From Mobula birostris (taxonomy: Eukaryota): a stretch of 64,000 nt of DNA. The position numbers were made by a program, and so were the translations under genes. The stretch lies in contig NC_092372.1 in the NCBI RefSeq assembly GCF_030028105.1, positions 42,536,034 through 42,600,033 on the forward strand, read 5' to 3'. The notes under the pieces were generated by a model. That model did not search any database. It was not told the origin of the DNA and worked only from the letters and a program-made list of their open reading frames with translations. Below, piece after piece: positions 26,070-39,429 of this stretch (its first letter is position 1; the number at the start of each line of letters is the position of its first letter).

Positions 26070-26382
26070 AAGGCATCCGTTACTCTTGCGAGACCGTGGG
26101 TCTGCGCCTGGAAAGTCTTCACTCTCCAGGGCGCAGGCCTGGGCAAGGTTGTATGGAAGACCAGCAGTTGCCCATGCTGCAAGTCTCCCCTCTCCACGAC
26201 ACCAATGTTGTCCAAGGGAAGGGCATTAGGACCCATACAGCTTGACACCAGTGTCATCGCAGAGCAATGTGTGATTAAGTGCCTTGCTCAAGGACACAAT
26301 ACATTCCCTTGGCTGGGGCTCCAACTCACGACCTTCAGGTTGCTAGTCCAGTGCCTTAACCACTTGGCCACATGCCCACACA
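26070..26382 (-). mobile_element. tRNA-CORE/RTE-type SINE
   Basis: GTGGCCAAGTGGTTAAGGC head on the minus strand and the same core as 18160-18390, with a different tail. Confidence 0.7.
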
Positions 26383-26489
26383 TTTGTTCCATTGCTCTTG
26401 TATTCAAGCAAAGAAGTAAATGTGGAGACAGATCCTATGTCATTGACCCAGCCACTGAATTCAAACACAACAGAATTCCTTCGACCATT

Positions 26490-27020
26490 GTTGACTTCAT
26501 GACTCACAACTAGGGACTGGTGTCTAAATTTTGAAATTCACAGACTAGACAACTTTCAGCCTGATGTAATTACTCTTACTGAATCAGACCTGACAAACAA
26601 TTTATCACTACCCTTGGGTACATCTTGTCCAGCCATAACATAGATCCAGCAGAGGTGGTGGAACAGTGATAGATTGGTTGCAAGGAACAGGAGTCCTCAG
26701 TGTTGATTACAGACTCATGAAGTCGCATGGCAATAGGGCATACATGAGCAAAGAAACTTCTTCACAATTACCATAGATCATCTTTCCTCATTTGGTGAAT
26801 CAGTGCTCCTCCTCGCTGAACACCACTTGGAAAACCACTGAAAATAGCGAGGGTTCAGAATAAACTCTGTATAAGGCTCTTCAAAGTTGATCACAAAGTG
26901 TGGCTTGGTGACATCGCCAATGATCAGGTTACCTGAATCCTGAAGGTTTTTAGCTGTCAGACTTAAGTGAAGCAACTCGAGGAATAATAGAAGATGAAGG
27001 CAGTCCAAACCATTGACCAT
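26490..27020 (+). mobile_element. Ancient LINE APE-endonuclease remnant
   Basis: QPDVITLTES...GYILS...SRGGGTV-like reading frames. Confidence 0.55.
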
Positions 27021-27254
27021 CATTTCCTGCTATAGATGCTACTGATGCTCTGAGTTCTCCAGCATTTTGTTTGTTGAACCTTCTTGATCTCATACTCAGC
27101 AACCTACGTGTCGCAAATGCATTTGTCCGTGATAGCTTTAGGCAGAAGCAACCATCTTAAAATCATTGCGAGGATGTCCCATTCCTGCAGCAAAGCCACA
27201 TACTATCATGCTTGGGGCACTACAAATGTGCTCCATGGTATAGTCTGGATGCTA

Positions 27255-27850
27255 ATGAGACAACTTTGCCCCATCTCTTGCCATTCCCACACTGACATGT
27301 CTGACGATGGCTTCCTCTACTACCATGTTGAGGTCAGACACAGGTTGGAGGAGATACATCTCGTATTCCATTTTGGTAGTCTCCAACCTGATGGCATAAA
27401 CATCAATCTCTCTAACTTTTGATAACTTTCTCTCCTCCACAACCCTCCCCCCACAACTTTGTTTTCCCTTTTCTCTGCAGCCCCTTCATCATTTTCCCCA
27501 TTCTCAGGACCTACCCATCATCTTCAACCTCCTCTGATTCCCTGCCTCCTTCACTTTATTGCATAGTCTTCTGTCCTTTTCCATCAGATTCTTTCTTCTT
27601 CGGCCCTTTGTCTCTTCCACCTATCACCTCCCAACTTTTCAAGACATGCCTTTTTTCTTCCCTCCACCGCTCTTTTCCCTTCACCCTCTCACCGGGTTGC
27701 ACGTAATAGTTAGTGCTCCTCCCCTTCACCCACCCTTTCATTCCGGCTTCTGCCTTCTTCCTTTTCAATCCTGATGAAGGGTCTCAGCCCAAAACATCGA
27801 CTGTTAATTCCTCTCCATAGATGCTGCCTGATCTGCTGAGTTTCCCCTGC
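27255..27850 (+). mobile_element. Penelope-like element 3' end (GIY-YIG C-terminus, pyrimidine tract, hammerhead-like terminus)
   Basis: RLEEIHLVFHFGSLQPDGINI followed by CTGATGAAGGGTCTCAGCCCAAAACATCGACT at 27771. Confidence 0.8.
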
Positions 27851-29640
27851 AGCACTTGCCCAAACGTGGGATCAGTACACCTATGTAAACCCACTGAAGC
27901 TAAAGGGGTCAATGAGAAAACACCACAGTGGCTGGAGTCATTTCTCCAATGAAAGGTTATTGTGATTGTATTGGGTCATCATCCAAGTTCCACAACACAC
28001 CTGGTAGAGTCCTAAGCATAACCATCTTCAGCTACTTCATCAAGAAATTTCAGTGTTTTCTGATGATTACACAAAGTTTAATTCCATTTGCAACTCTTCA
28101 GAAAATGAAGTTGTCCATTCCTTCATACAACAAGAGCTGGTCATATTGGTATGATTCTCATCAACTGATAGATAACTAATAAAAAAAATCCCCAATTCTG
28201 GCACTTGGAATGCTTGAAATAAAAGAAAATTGCAAGTGTAAACAGGAGAGCAGGTTGTGCTCCACCTCTGCATGGACCACCCACCATTATTCTTGTAACT
28301 ATTGTGTTCTGCCCTTGCATGAATCACCGCCCATTATCTACCTGTCATTTTGCTGATCTTTACCACTGTGTAATTGCAAAACCGTGTGGCAGAATTCAAC
28401 TTTTCCAGCTTGCATGTACTAAAAACAGACTTCACCTGCTTTAGTAACTATCGTTAGTAAGCTGTAAAATGAGATATGTAAGGGATGCTATGCATAAAAC
28501 ATTTAAGTGTTCTTTCACATCAAATAAAAGGATCATGCAACTTCAAATGCTTCTTTGTCTTTCTGTCACATAAACTATTGAAATCTGGCCACACAATGTT
28601 TTGCCCATATCCGTGGTAATGCATATGAGTAATGATTTTAGTGATAACATCAACTCGGTACACAATGATCAACTGATCAAGGAAAATAAAATCATCCTGG
28701 ACTGTTTTGATGAAGAGCCTCAGCCTGAAATTTCAGCTACTTATTCCTCTCCATGGACTGAGCTGCCTGACCTGCTGAGTTTCTGCAGCATTTTGTGTGT
28801 ATTGCTTTGGGTTTCCAGCATTTGCAGAACCTCTTTATTTATAGTTGATCATTATTTTGATTGATAATCAAGATTTGAACAGGAAAATGTGTTCGCTCTA
28901 CTAAGCTAGTCCTTCCTGTTGCTTTCTGGGTCTCCCCTTGGTCTCTCCAGGACAAAGAGTTGAAACAGTCCTTCATGACTCGGTCAGTTCAGAATCTGAA
29001 ACTGAACCACCATTTCAAAGCAAACCACTTCTAAGTCTTACATCCTGTTTAGCTTTTAACAGTTCAACTTAACCTTTCAAGTTATTTTAAGATACTCACC
29101 ACAGACAATTAAAAAAATCGGTTTCCCGCCAACACAGGACATGAATTTCTCCATCCAACAGCTGTTATGTACTTTTCTATCTGTGTTTCACATGCAAACT
29201 ATAATTCTTAAAGTCAAACTTAAAACTATAAACAGCAATAGCCTTACAACACTATAACAGTAGCATTATAGTGGAGTTATAACTTGGAATTATTTTTCTC
29301 ACTGTATAATTTAAACCAGTATTTTAGTAATTGCTTATTTTGCATCACTACAGCTGCAGTAATGAATCCCTGGTTGAAAGTAAGACAAATTTCTTTTTGA
29401 GAAGAAAAGGCTCAGGCTGTGAGCCTGCTCTGCGATAATTTGCTCTTCTGTGTGATTTACTGTTCTGCGATAATTTCCTCCTCCGTGTGATGAACTGAGG
29501 CTGTGGCTATGGCCGTAGGCTTGCTCCGGGCTTCGAGTCTGTGCACTCACATTCATTCTGAATGCTGCTTGCTTGCTTTCATTGTTTGCAAAAAATTTTC
29601 TCTCTGCACATTGGGAGGTCATTGGATTTTTTTTAATCTA

Positions 29641-32115
29641 ATTTTTTTTTGTTCAGCATAACAAAACTTTCAATTTCCAGATACATTTACATTTCTTCCC
29701 CTCACAGATATCAGCTATCAGAACATTTCCATCAAAATACAGACGTCACCACAACATCCTATACAAATCCCTTATTAGTATAGCAGACAGGTTTACATCT
29801 ACATACTGCAGAAAAGTTTGCCATGTTTTATGAAAGCTATTTATTTTTGTGTGTACCATACATGTCAAAAAGTCCAAAGGAATGTATTCCATGATTAATT
29901 TACGCCAACCAAAAAGACCAGGAGCCTTATTGGATATCCAACAAAGTAAAATGTTCTTCCTTGCACAAAAAGTCAGGATGTTAAGAAGTTTTTTTCTGAT
30001 GTGCATTAATAATACGACTGCTGGGTAAGCCTAAGAGAAAAGACACTGGGTCCAGTTCAAGCTCCATCTTCAGAATCTTTTCCATTTCACCCAAAATATC
30101 ACTCCAGTATGCCTGAAGTTTGGGACAAGTCCAAAAACAGTGGGTGAAAGTTCCAGTATTTACTTTACTAAACATCGGATAAACCCCCATCTTAAATTTT
30201 GGAAGATGATCTGGAGTCAGGTGGGCTCTATGCAGAATTCTGAGTTGCAGTGCTTTAGTTCTATTACAAACTGAAATTTTCTTTGCATTATCACAGATGT
30301 CATCCCATGTCTCAGCTGTAATTTCTACTCCCAGCTCTTCTTCCCAGACCCTTCCCAGATTCTTAGCCTCTCTACAAGAACATTCCTTCAGGATGATGTA
30401 TAAAGTACTGATGGAGACTTCGCCCTTAGAACAAAACACCCTCTTTTCTGTCAGAACTATATAAATCAGTTAACAATGATGTTTTTTCTGTATATAATCT
30501 CTTATCTGAAAGAAACGAAAAAGATCCTTGTTGGGTATGTTAAATTTCTGTACTATTTGACTAAAAGACATCATCGTTCCTTCATCAAACAAATCTTCCA
30601 GATGGAAAATACCCTTCGAAATTCAAAGTTTAAATCCAGAATCCACTATGCCAGGCTGAAAATCTGGACTGTCGGTTATTGGAGTGAAGGGTGATATTTT
30701 CACTGCGTTGCCCTCAATTTGTCGCAACGCCCTCTAAGCCCTGACTGTATTAATTGTTATTGGATTGTGACAATATTCCTTAACTATTGAAGAAAAGCAA
30801 ATTAATAAGAGGGCATTTTGCTTGTGAAGCTTCAATGTCCAGCCAAATTGAGGAGGGGTCCCTGCAAACCCAGTCAACCACATAAGATAAAAGGGAACTT
30901 AATTGATATTTTTTAATGTCTGGAAAATCCAGACCCCCTAGACTACTGGGAAGCTGTAACTTAGACATTTTAATACAGGGTCTTTTTTTGTCCCAGATGA
31001 AACAAACAAACCAGGCATTTATTTTTTTTTAAGTATTTGTTGGGTAAAAATGACTGGAATCATTCATATTGGGTAGAGCAGGCGAAGAAGAATGATCATT
31101 TTGAGCAAGGGTATTCGGCCAAGCCAAGAAATGGGAAGAGTGCTCCATCACTCAAGGTCCTGTTTGATTTTGTCAAATAACTGTGTAAAGTTGGCTTTCA
31201 ACAATTGATCAAACGTAGGTGTGTTAAATATGCCTAAGTAAACAAAACCTGTCTGCGACCATTTAAAGGGGAAAACACCCAGAGTGTCAGGTACCTGCTA
31301 CAGATTCCCCAGAGACATAGCCTCTGATTTAGTAAAGTTGATTTTATAACCTGAAAAGGCACTAAATGAATTGATACATTGTATAAGGTGATGCACTGAT
31401 ATAGCAGAGTTTGATAAGAAAATTAAAACATCATCCACATACAATGTAATTTTATGTGACTTTAGTCCTATGTCTGGAGCAGATATTTTGAGGTCTCGCC
31501 GAATAGCCTCAGCCAATGGCTCGATCACTAGTGTGAAAAGTAGTGGTGATAAAGGGCAGCCCTGCCAGCTGCCCCTCAGAATAGTAAAATTATCCGACCT
31601 AATACCATTAGTGGGAATCGCAGCCAAAGGGTCATTATAAAGAACCTTCACCCACTTAATAAAATTATTGCCCAAACCAATTTGTTTCAAAGTGAAAAAA
31701 GATACAGCCATTCGACACGATCAAAGGCCTTGTCTGCATCTAAGGAAACCACCAAACCGTCCACTGCCTGTTGCTGACATGACTGAATCACATTAAGTAA
31801 TCTTCTGATGTTGTTAGACGATCTATGGCCTTTTACAATACCCATTTGATCCTCCTTTATGATAAAAGATAACACAGTTTCTAATCACAATGCTAAGGTC
31901 TGAGATAAGATTTTAAAGTCAACACTTAACAATGAAATAGGCCTGTAGGAGGCACAATCTTCAAGGCTCTTTCCTTTCTTATGAATTAGGGAGATATTAG
32001 CTTCTCTCAGTGATGGTGGCAGGAGACCACAATTAAATGCATGATTGAACATGATTAGCATAGGTTCTGATAGTAACCCTGTGAACTCATTGTGGAATTC
32101 ACTGATGAAACCTCC
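29641..32115 (-). mobile_element. L1-clade LINE, 5'-truncated
   Basis: SLDADKAFDRVEW, GSWQGCPLSPLLF, GGLDFP and HCFWTCPKL motifs; poly(A) seen as a T-run near 29642. Confidence 0.9.
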
Positions 32116-33059
32116 TGTAAGTCAATCCTTGGCATTATGCAATGAGAGCAGGTAAGCTCTCCCATTGTCCATCCTTCAAATAATGTCAGTAAGCACCAAT
32201 CATGTGACCATTCATTTTGTTAGAACTTCGCTTTGGTTTGTTTCCACATGCATCAATATTTCAATTGCCAACACATTTCTGAAGTGCTTCAGTGCCAATT
32301 AACTGCTTTACAATGAGCTCATGTAACCGATTCTTCTTCTCCATAATTTACTAAACAATTAGTATAGAGCTGTAGTTAGGTATCAAACTACTGATCTGCT
32401 GATGGTAAAGGCATGAGAAAGGATGAAACAACAATCTTGGGCATAAAGGGCCTGTTTATTTTTGTAGGAATAAGAAAATGGTTTTTGCTCATTTGTATTA
32501 AAATCTCTGCATGAAACTCCAAATGACATGAAATAGCAATCTCTTATTTGAAAGAAGGATCACTCCAGACAGTCAATGAAGGTATGTGACTGAGGTGGAA
32601 GAGATTAAGTGCATACAGGTTGTGCTGGCCCATCACTATTTAAGGCTGTTTGGGCTGAATAGACAGTTAAAATGAATAAGACACGAGAGCTGATTCAAAT
32701 TTCAAAGTTCAAAATAAATCTATTCTCCAAGTATATATATGTGACCATATACTATTTTGAGATTCATTCAGAGATTCAGAGTAGAGCAAAGATTTGCAAA
32801 AGATGAACTGCAAAATGAAACAAATAAGAATAACAAATAAATAAATAATATTAAGAAAATGAGTTGCAGAGTCTCTGAAGGTGAGTCCACAGATGATGGA
32901 ATCCGTTCAGTGTTGAGATGAGTTAACTACTCTGGTTCTGGAGCCTACTGGTTGAAGGGCAACAATTGTTTGTCTTTGGATGTTAAACTCCGCTCGGGAC
33001 TGGATGAGGACTGGAAGAGAACCCAACTGCTGATTCCAAACTAATTGTTCAGTTAATTT

Positions 33060-33652
33060 TTTCTCTATTTTTTTCATAAATTGATTAAAAAATAGTGCAG
33101 AAACAGAAATATATATTTAAAAATAGTGAGGTAGTGTTCATGGGTTCAATGTCCAATTAGGAATCATATGGCAGAGAGAAAGAAGCTGTTCCTGAATCAC
33201 TGCATGTGTGCCTTCAGGCTTTAGTACTTCCTTCCTGATGCTAACAATGAGAAGAGGGCATAACCTGGGTGATGGGGGTCCTTAATAATGGATGTCACTT
33301 TCCTCAGGTACCTCTCCTTGAAGATGCCTTGGGTATTACAGAGACTAGTACCCAAGGTGGAGCTGATAATTTTATGGCTTTCTGTAGCTTCTTTCAGTCC
33401 TGAGCAGTAGACCCCACCCCCACCTCCAACCCCTCGCCGTTCGTGACAGTAATGCAGCCTGTCAGAATGCTCTCCACAGTACATCTATGGAAGTTTTTGA
33501 GTGTATTTGTTGACATGCCAAATTTCTTCAAACTCTTAATGAAGTATAGTCGCTGTCTTGCCTTCTTTATAACTGCATCGATATGTTGGGACCAGGTTAG
33601 ATCCTCAGAGACCTTGACACCCAGGAACTTGAAATTGCTCACTCTCTCCACC
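33060..33652 (-). mobile_element. Rex1/Babar LINE 3' part
   Basis: ERVSNFKFLGV...KARQRLYF; DPHHPGYALFSLL. Confidence 0.85.
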
Positions 33653-33769
33653 GCACGTATTCGTTATTGCAATTATTCTTTAAATATTAGTCACTGCTTG
33701 TTTACTGCTAGATATTTCAGAGTACTTTCCCGTTCTGTTATCAGAAACTCACACCATCCTAGTTTCAAA

Positions 33770-33975
33770 CAAGAGAAAATCTGCAGATGCTGAAATCCAA
33801 GTAACACACACAAAATACTGGAGAAACTCTGCAGACTAGGCAGCATCTATGGAAAAGAGTACAGTCGATATTTTGGACCAAGACCCTTCAGCAGGTGCCT
33901 GAAATGCCGATTGTACTCTTTTCCATAGATGCTGCCTGGTCTGCTGAGTTCCTCCAGCATTTTGTGTGTGTTACC
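33770..33975. repeat. Inverted pair of Penelope-type terminal repeats (hairpin)
   Basis: GCAGCATCTATGGAAAAGAGTACA pairs with TGTACTCTTTTCCATAGATGCTGC. Confidence 0.8.
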
Positions 33976-34301
33976 ATCCTAGTTTGTTTGGATTGAAGAC
34001 TCTAATTTCAGACTGATCAAAATCATCTTCAATCTTCAAATAAAAGATTATCCCTTCTCCCAGGAGGTCCCCTAGCATAAGGTTATTAATTAACCTTTTT
34101 CACAAATATTAAATATAAAATAGTCTGATCCCACCTAGTTTCCGAGATCAGTATGATGTGGAACACATTTCTCAAACACTTCATGCACCTATGCTCCACC
34201 CCATTATTCTCCCCCTTCACTTAGTTTTTCTGCCATAACACTTTTTCCATTCACCTGAACTACTCTAATGGCATTTAAATGCTTCACTGGTTTCAGTGCC
34301 T

Positions 34302-34420
34302 TTCCTGAGAACTCATGTACGACTTATGAATTTTCTGAGAAGTCATATGCCACTTGTGAATTAATAGGTGATATTTGAGCAAACTGAATAACCACATCCT
34401 CAGCTTTCATTATATATAGA
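34302..34420 (+). promoter_or_regulatory. Proximal promoter of granzyme gene 2: two STAT-like sites, ETS:RUNX composite, TATA
   Basis: TTCCTGAGAA (34302), TTCTGAGAA (34333), AACTGAATAACCACATCCT (34382-34400), TATATATA (34411). Confidence 0.65.
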
Positions 34421-34458
34421 TAACAGGTTCATCTAGTCACTGTTCAGAACTGATTGCA

Positions 34459-34519
34459 ATGATGAAATATCAAGTTGTATTCAGCGCTGTGACGGTTATT
34501 TTCTACTTGGCAGCATGTT
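34459..34519 (+). CDS. gzma: Granzyme A-like gene, exon 1 (signal peptide)
   Basis: MMKYQVVFSAVTVIFYLAAC plus 1 nt, then GTAAGT; phase 1, 61 nt. Confidence 0.85.
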
Positions 34520-35029
34520 GTAAGTATACTGATCATTGAACACAACCTATAGACTCACTTCTGAGGACTCTACAACTCATGTTCTTAGTATTGCTTATTA
34601 TTACTGGTTTCTCTTTTGTATGTGCAGTTTGTCTTCTTTTCCACTATGGTTATTTGTCAGTATTTGCATGTTTTTTTTTCATTATTCTATTGTACCTCTT
34701 TGTTCTACTGTGAATGCCTGCAAGAAAAAGAATCTCGAGATAGTATATGGTGACATACATGCATTTCAAGATAAATTTGCTTTGAAAATTTGCAGATTAT
34801 GTCAGTTTAGCTGGTATATATTAATAGGAGCTTTTCATGTGTGTACATTTCTGTGATGACTTTTCTGCCACAAGGTACACCCAAGGATATGAGATGAAAC
34901 AAAACTAAATTGAAGTCAGCCACATTAAAAGCCTGAGGTTACCTAGAAAACTTGGTTTAGTAGAAGCAAGCGGATTAAAAATGTTTCCACTCAAGCAACA
35001 ACAACTAAATATTGCCTGTGAAGATGTAA

Positions 35030-35906
35030 ACAGCCACTGTTGAAAAAAACACACATGAAATCTCAGCTCGAGTTTGCCAGAAGGCATGTGGGAAACTCTG
35101 AAGGCAGCTGGAAGAAATTCTATGGTCTGATGAAACCAAAAATGAGTTTTTTGACCATCAGACTGAATACTGTGTTTGGTGTAAGCCAAACACTACACAT
35201 CATCAAAAACAGACCATCCCTACCATGAAGCATGGTGGTAGTTGCATCATGCTGTGGGGAGGCTCTCACTGCAGCAGGCCCTGGAAGGCTTATGAAGGTA
35301 AAGGGTAAAATGAATACAGCAAAATACAGGGAAATTTTGGAGGAAAATCTGATGCAGTCTGCAAGAAAACTGCAACTCGGGAGAAGATTCGTTTTCCAGC
35401 AAGACAATGACCCCTAGCATAAAGCCAAAGCTGCACAGGATTGGCTTAAAAACAACAATGTTAATGTCCTGGAGTGGCCAATTCAGAGTCCAGACCTCAA
35501 CCCAATTGAGAATTTGTGGCTGGACTTGAAAAGGGTTGTTCATTCACAATCCCCATACAATCTGACAGAGCTTGAGCAGTTTTGTAAAGAAGAATGGGGG
35601 GAAATTGTAGTGTCCAGATGTGCAAAGCTGATAGAGACCTGTCCACACAGACTCAAGGCTGTAATTGCTGCTGCCAAAAGTACATCTACTAAATACTGAC
35701 TTGAAAGGGGTGAATACTTATGCAATTATATTGTACTTTATATTTGTAATTAATTTAGATCACTTTAACAGGAAGGAGTCTTTTTCTGTCGATTGGTGTC
35801 AGGAAAGCCAAATTAAATCCATCGTAATTCATTGCTGTGAAGAATAAAACATGAAAACTTTCAAATGGGGGGAGGTGTTGGTTGAATACTTTTTATAGGC
35901 ACTCTA
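35030..35906 (+). mobile_element. Tc1 transposon, 3' half with decayed DDE transposase
   Basis: [23 protein letters not shown] and WPIQSPDLNPIENLW motifs; TGAATACTT terminal repeats. Confidence 0.9.
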
Positions 35907-35924
35907 TGTACAAGGATACACGTT

Positions 35925-38900
35925 GCATTGAAAGGACAGCCAGGTAGACAGAGAGAGTGTGGTGTGGCTCCATTGGTAAAAAATGAAATCAAATCATTAG
36001 AAAGAGGTGACATGGGGTCAGAAGCTGTTGAATACTTGCGGCTAGAGCTAAGGAACTGCAAGGGTAGAAATACCTTGATGGGAGTTGTATACAGGCCTCC
36101 ACACAGTGGTAAAGATGTGGTCTACAATTAAGACCATAAGATACAGGAGCAGAAGTTGGTCATTCAGCCCATCGAATCTGCACCACCATTCAATCATGGG
36201 CTGATACAATTCTTCCAGTCATCCCCACTCCCCTGCCTTCTCCTTACATCCTTTGATTCCCTGGCTAATCAAGAACCTATCTATCTCTGCCTTAAATGCA
36301 CCCAATGATTTGGCCTCCACAGCTGCTTGTGGCAACAAATTCCACAGATTTACCATCCTCTCACTAAAGTAATTTCTCTGCATCTCTGTTCTAAATGGAC
36401 ATCCTTCAATCCTGAAGTCGTGCCCTCTTGTCCTAGACTCCCCTACCATGGGAAATAACTTTGTCATATCTAATCTGTTCAGGCCTTTTAACATTTGGAA
36501 TGTTTCTAAGAGATCCTCCCTCATTCTCCTGAACTCCAGGGAATACAGTCCAAGAGCTGCCCAACTTTCCTCATATGGTAACCCTTTCATTCCTGAACAG
36601 TAGATAGAAAATGCATGTCAAAGGACAATGTTATGATAGTCATGGGATTCGATATGCAGGGATATGATTGGGGAAATCAGGTTTGGTGTTGGATCCCAAG
36701 AGGAGGAATTTCTGGAATGCCTACAAGATGGCATTTTAGAGCAGCTTATAGTTAAGCCCTCTAGGATTGGGTGTTGTGCAATGAACTGGAATTGATTGTC
36801 GATCTTAAGGTAAAAGAACCATTAGGGAGAAGTGATCATACTATGATAGAATTCACTCTGCAATTTGAGGAGGAGAGGCTAAAGCCAGATGTACCAGTAT
36901 TACAAGAGTAAAGACAGATACGGGGCATGAGAGAGGAGCCTGCTAAATAGATTCGAATGGCAGGGATGACAGCAGAGCATCAATGGCTCGAATTTCTGGG
37001 AGCAATTCGGAAGGCACAGGATATATACATCACAAAGAGGAAAAAGTACTCCTGCTGAAAGGTCTTGGCTCGAAACATCGACTGTGCTTTTTTCCATAGA
37101 TGTTGCCTGGCCTGCTGAGTTCCTTTAGTATTTTGTGTGTGTTGCTTTGATTTCCAGCATCTGCAGATTTTCTCTTGTTTGTGAAAAGTATTCTAAAGGC
37201 AGGATGACACAACCGTGGCTGACAAAGGCAGCCAAAGCCAAAAAGAGAGTGAAAATTAATAGGAAGTTAGAGCATTGGGAAGCTTTTAAAAACCAACAGA
37301 AGGCAGCTTAAAAAGTCATAAAGAAGGAAAAGATGGAATACAAAGCTAAGGAATTAAAGAGGATCCAAAGAATTTTCTCAGATGTATAAAGTGTAAAAGA
37401 GAGGTGAGAGTAGATATTGGACTGCTGAAAAATGATGCTGGAGAGGTAGTAATGGGGACAAGGAAAATGTGGATGAACTGGGTAAGCATTTTGCATCTGT
37501 CTTTACTCTGGAAGTCACTTGCAATATGCTGCAAGTTCACAATTGTCAAGGTGAAGAAGTGGGTGAGGTTGTCATTACTACGGAGAAGGTTCTTGGGAAA
37601 CTGAAAAGCCTGAAGATAGATAGGTCACTTAGACCAGATGGTGTACACCTCAGGGTTCTGAAAGAGGTGGCAGAAGAGTCTGTGAAGGCATTAGAAAAGA
37701 TCTTTCAAGAATCAATTGATTCTGGCATGGCTCCAGAGGACTGGAAAATTGCAAATGTCTCTCCACTCTTCAAGAAGGGAGAGAGGAAGAAGGAAGGAAA
37801 TTATTGGCCAGTTAGTCTGACCATAGTGGTCGGGAAGACGTTGGAGTCGATTGTTAAGGATGTGGTTTCAGGGTACTTGGAGGCACCTGATAAAATAAGC
37901 CATAGTCAGAATGGTTTCTTCAAGGGAAAATCTTGCCTGATCAATCTGTTGGAATTCTTTGAAGAAATAACAAACAGGATAGACAAAGGAGAATCAGTTG
38001 ATGTTGTGTACTTGGATTTTCAGAAAGCCTTTGAGCCCATGGTTACAAGGCCATGGTATTAAAGGAAACATTCTAGCATGGATAAAGCGGTGGCTGATTG
38101 GCAGGAGGCAAAGAGTGGAATAAAGGAGCCATTTCTGGTTGCCTGCCGGTGACTAGTGGTCTGTGTTAGGACCAATTCTTCTTTCATTATATGTCAATGA
38201 TTTGGATGAAAGAATTGATGACTTTCTAGCCGTTTACAGACAATATGAAGTTAGGTGGAGGGGCAAGTAGTTTTGAGGAAGTAGAGAAGCTACCAAAGGA
38301 CTTAGACAGATTAGGGGAATGGGCAAAGAAGTGGCAGATGGAATACAGTGTCAGAGAGTGTATAGTCATGTACTTTGGTAGAAGAAATAAAAGGGTAGAC
38401 TATTTTCTAAATGGAGAGAAAATTCAAAGATCTAAAGTGCAACGGAACTTGGGGGTCCTAAAGGTTAATTTGCAGGTTAAGTTGATGACGAGGAAGACAA
38501 ATTCAATATTAGAATTCATTTTGAGAGGACTAGAATATAAAAGTAAGGATGTATTGTGAGGCTTGATAAAGCACTGGTGAGGCCTCATTTCGAGTACTGA
38601 TGCCCCTTAACTAAGAAAGGATGTGCCAACATCGTAGAGACCTCATAGGACGTTCACAATAATGCTTCTGGGATCGAAAGTCTTGTCATATGTGGAGCGT
38701 TTGATGGCTCTGGGCTTCTACTCACTGGAATTCAGAAGAATGAGGGGTGACCTGAAAGGCCTCAGTGAAGTGGATGTGGAGAGGATGCTTCCTGTGGTGG
38801 GGGAATCTATAACCAAAGGACACAGCTTCAAAATAGAGGGGTGTCCTTTTAGAACAGAGATGAGGAGGAATTTCTTTAACCAGAGAGTGATGAATCTGTG

Positions 38901-39108
38901 GAATTCATTGCCATAGGCGGTTGCAGAGGCCAAGTCATTAGGTATATTTAAGGAAGAAATTGAGAGACTTTTGATTGGTCAGGGCATTAAGAGCTAGAGG
39001 GAGAAGGCAGGAGATTGGGGCTGAGAAGGAAAATGGATCGGCCATGATGAAATGGCAGAGCAGACTCGATGGGCCAGATAGCCTAATTTTGTTCCTATGT
39101 CTTATGTC
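35925..39108 (+). mobile_element. Long decayed CR1 LINE (endonuclease to 3' end) with nested insertions
   Basis: GVVYRPP, PEDWKIANVSPLFKKG, YLDFQKAF and RRNFFNQRVMNLWNSLP motifs. Nested antisense CR1 at 36131-36595 and a Penelope terminus at 37049-37183 (AAAAGTA duplication). Confidence 0.9.
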
Positions 39109-39429
39109 TCTGTTCTACTGTGAATGCCCACAAGAAAATCAATCTCCAAACAGTATATGGTGATTTATACATACTTGGATAATAAATTTACTTTGAACTT
39201 TGCAATTGACTGAAAAAGTTCATCAGATCCTGAAGAAATTTGTATGTTGTAAAGATTAAGCCATGCCTCAATGTTGACTGAATTTTTCCATGTGTAATGC
39301 ATAAAGGAATTTCTATGGATGCTATTTACATGACCTTCCATGAAGGTATTAGATATTTTACCAAAGGAAATTACTGTCTCATTATTACTCTTGGAATTGT
39401 AATCAAATTATATTTCCCACTGCTGACTG

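Noticed and set aside
25656-26100. Poly(A) signal for the granzyme K-like gene
   Set aside because: No canonical AATAAA near the stop; only weak variants (ATTAAA near 26066) adjacent to repeats, so not called.
37469-38062. Long RT ORFs (also 49939-50559, 51346-52047, 19831-20376) as active or domesticated genes
   Set aside because: Flanked by frameshifts and stops within decayed LINE copies.
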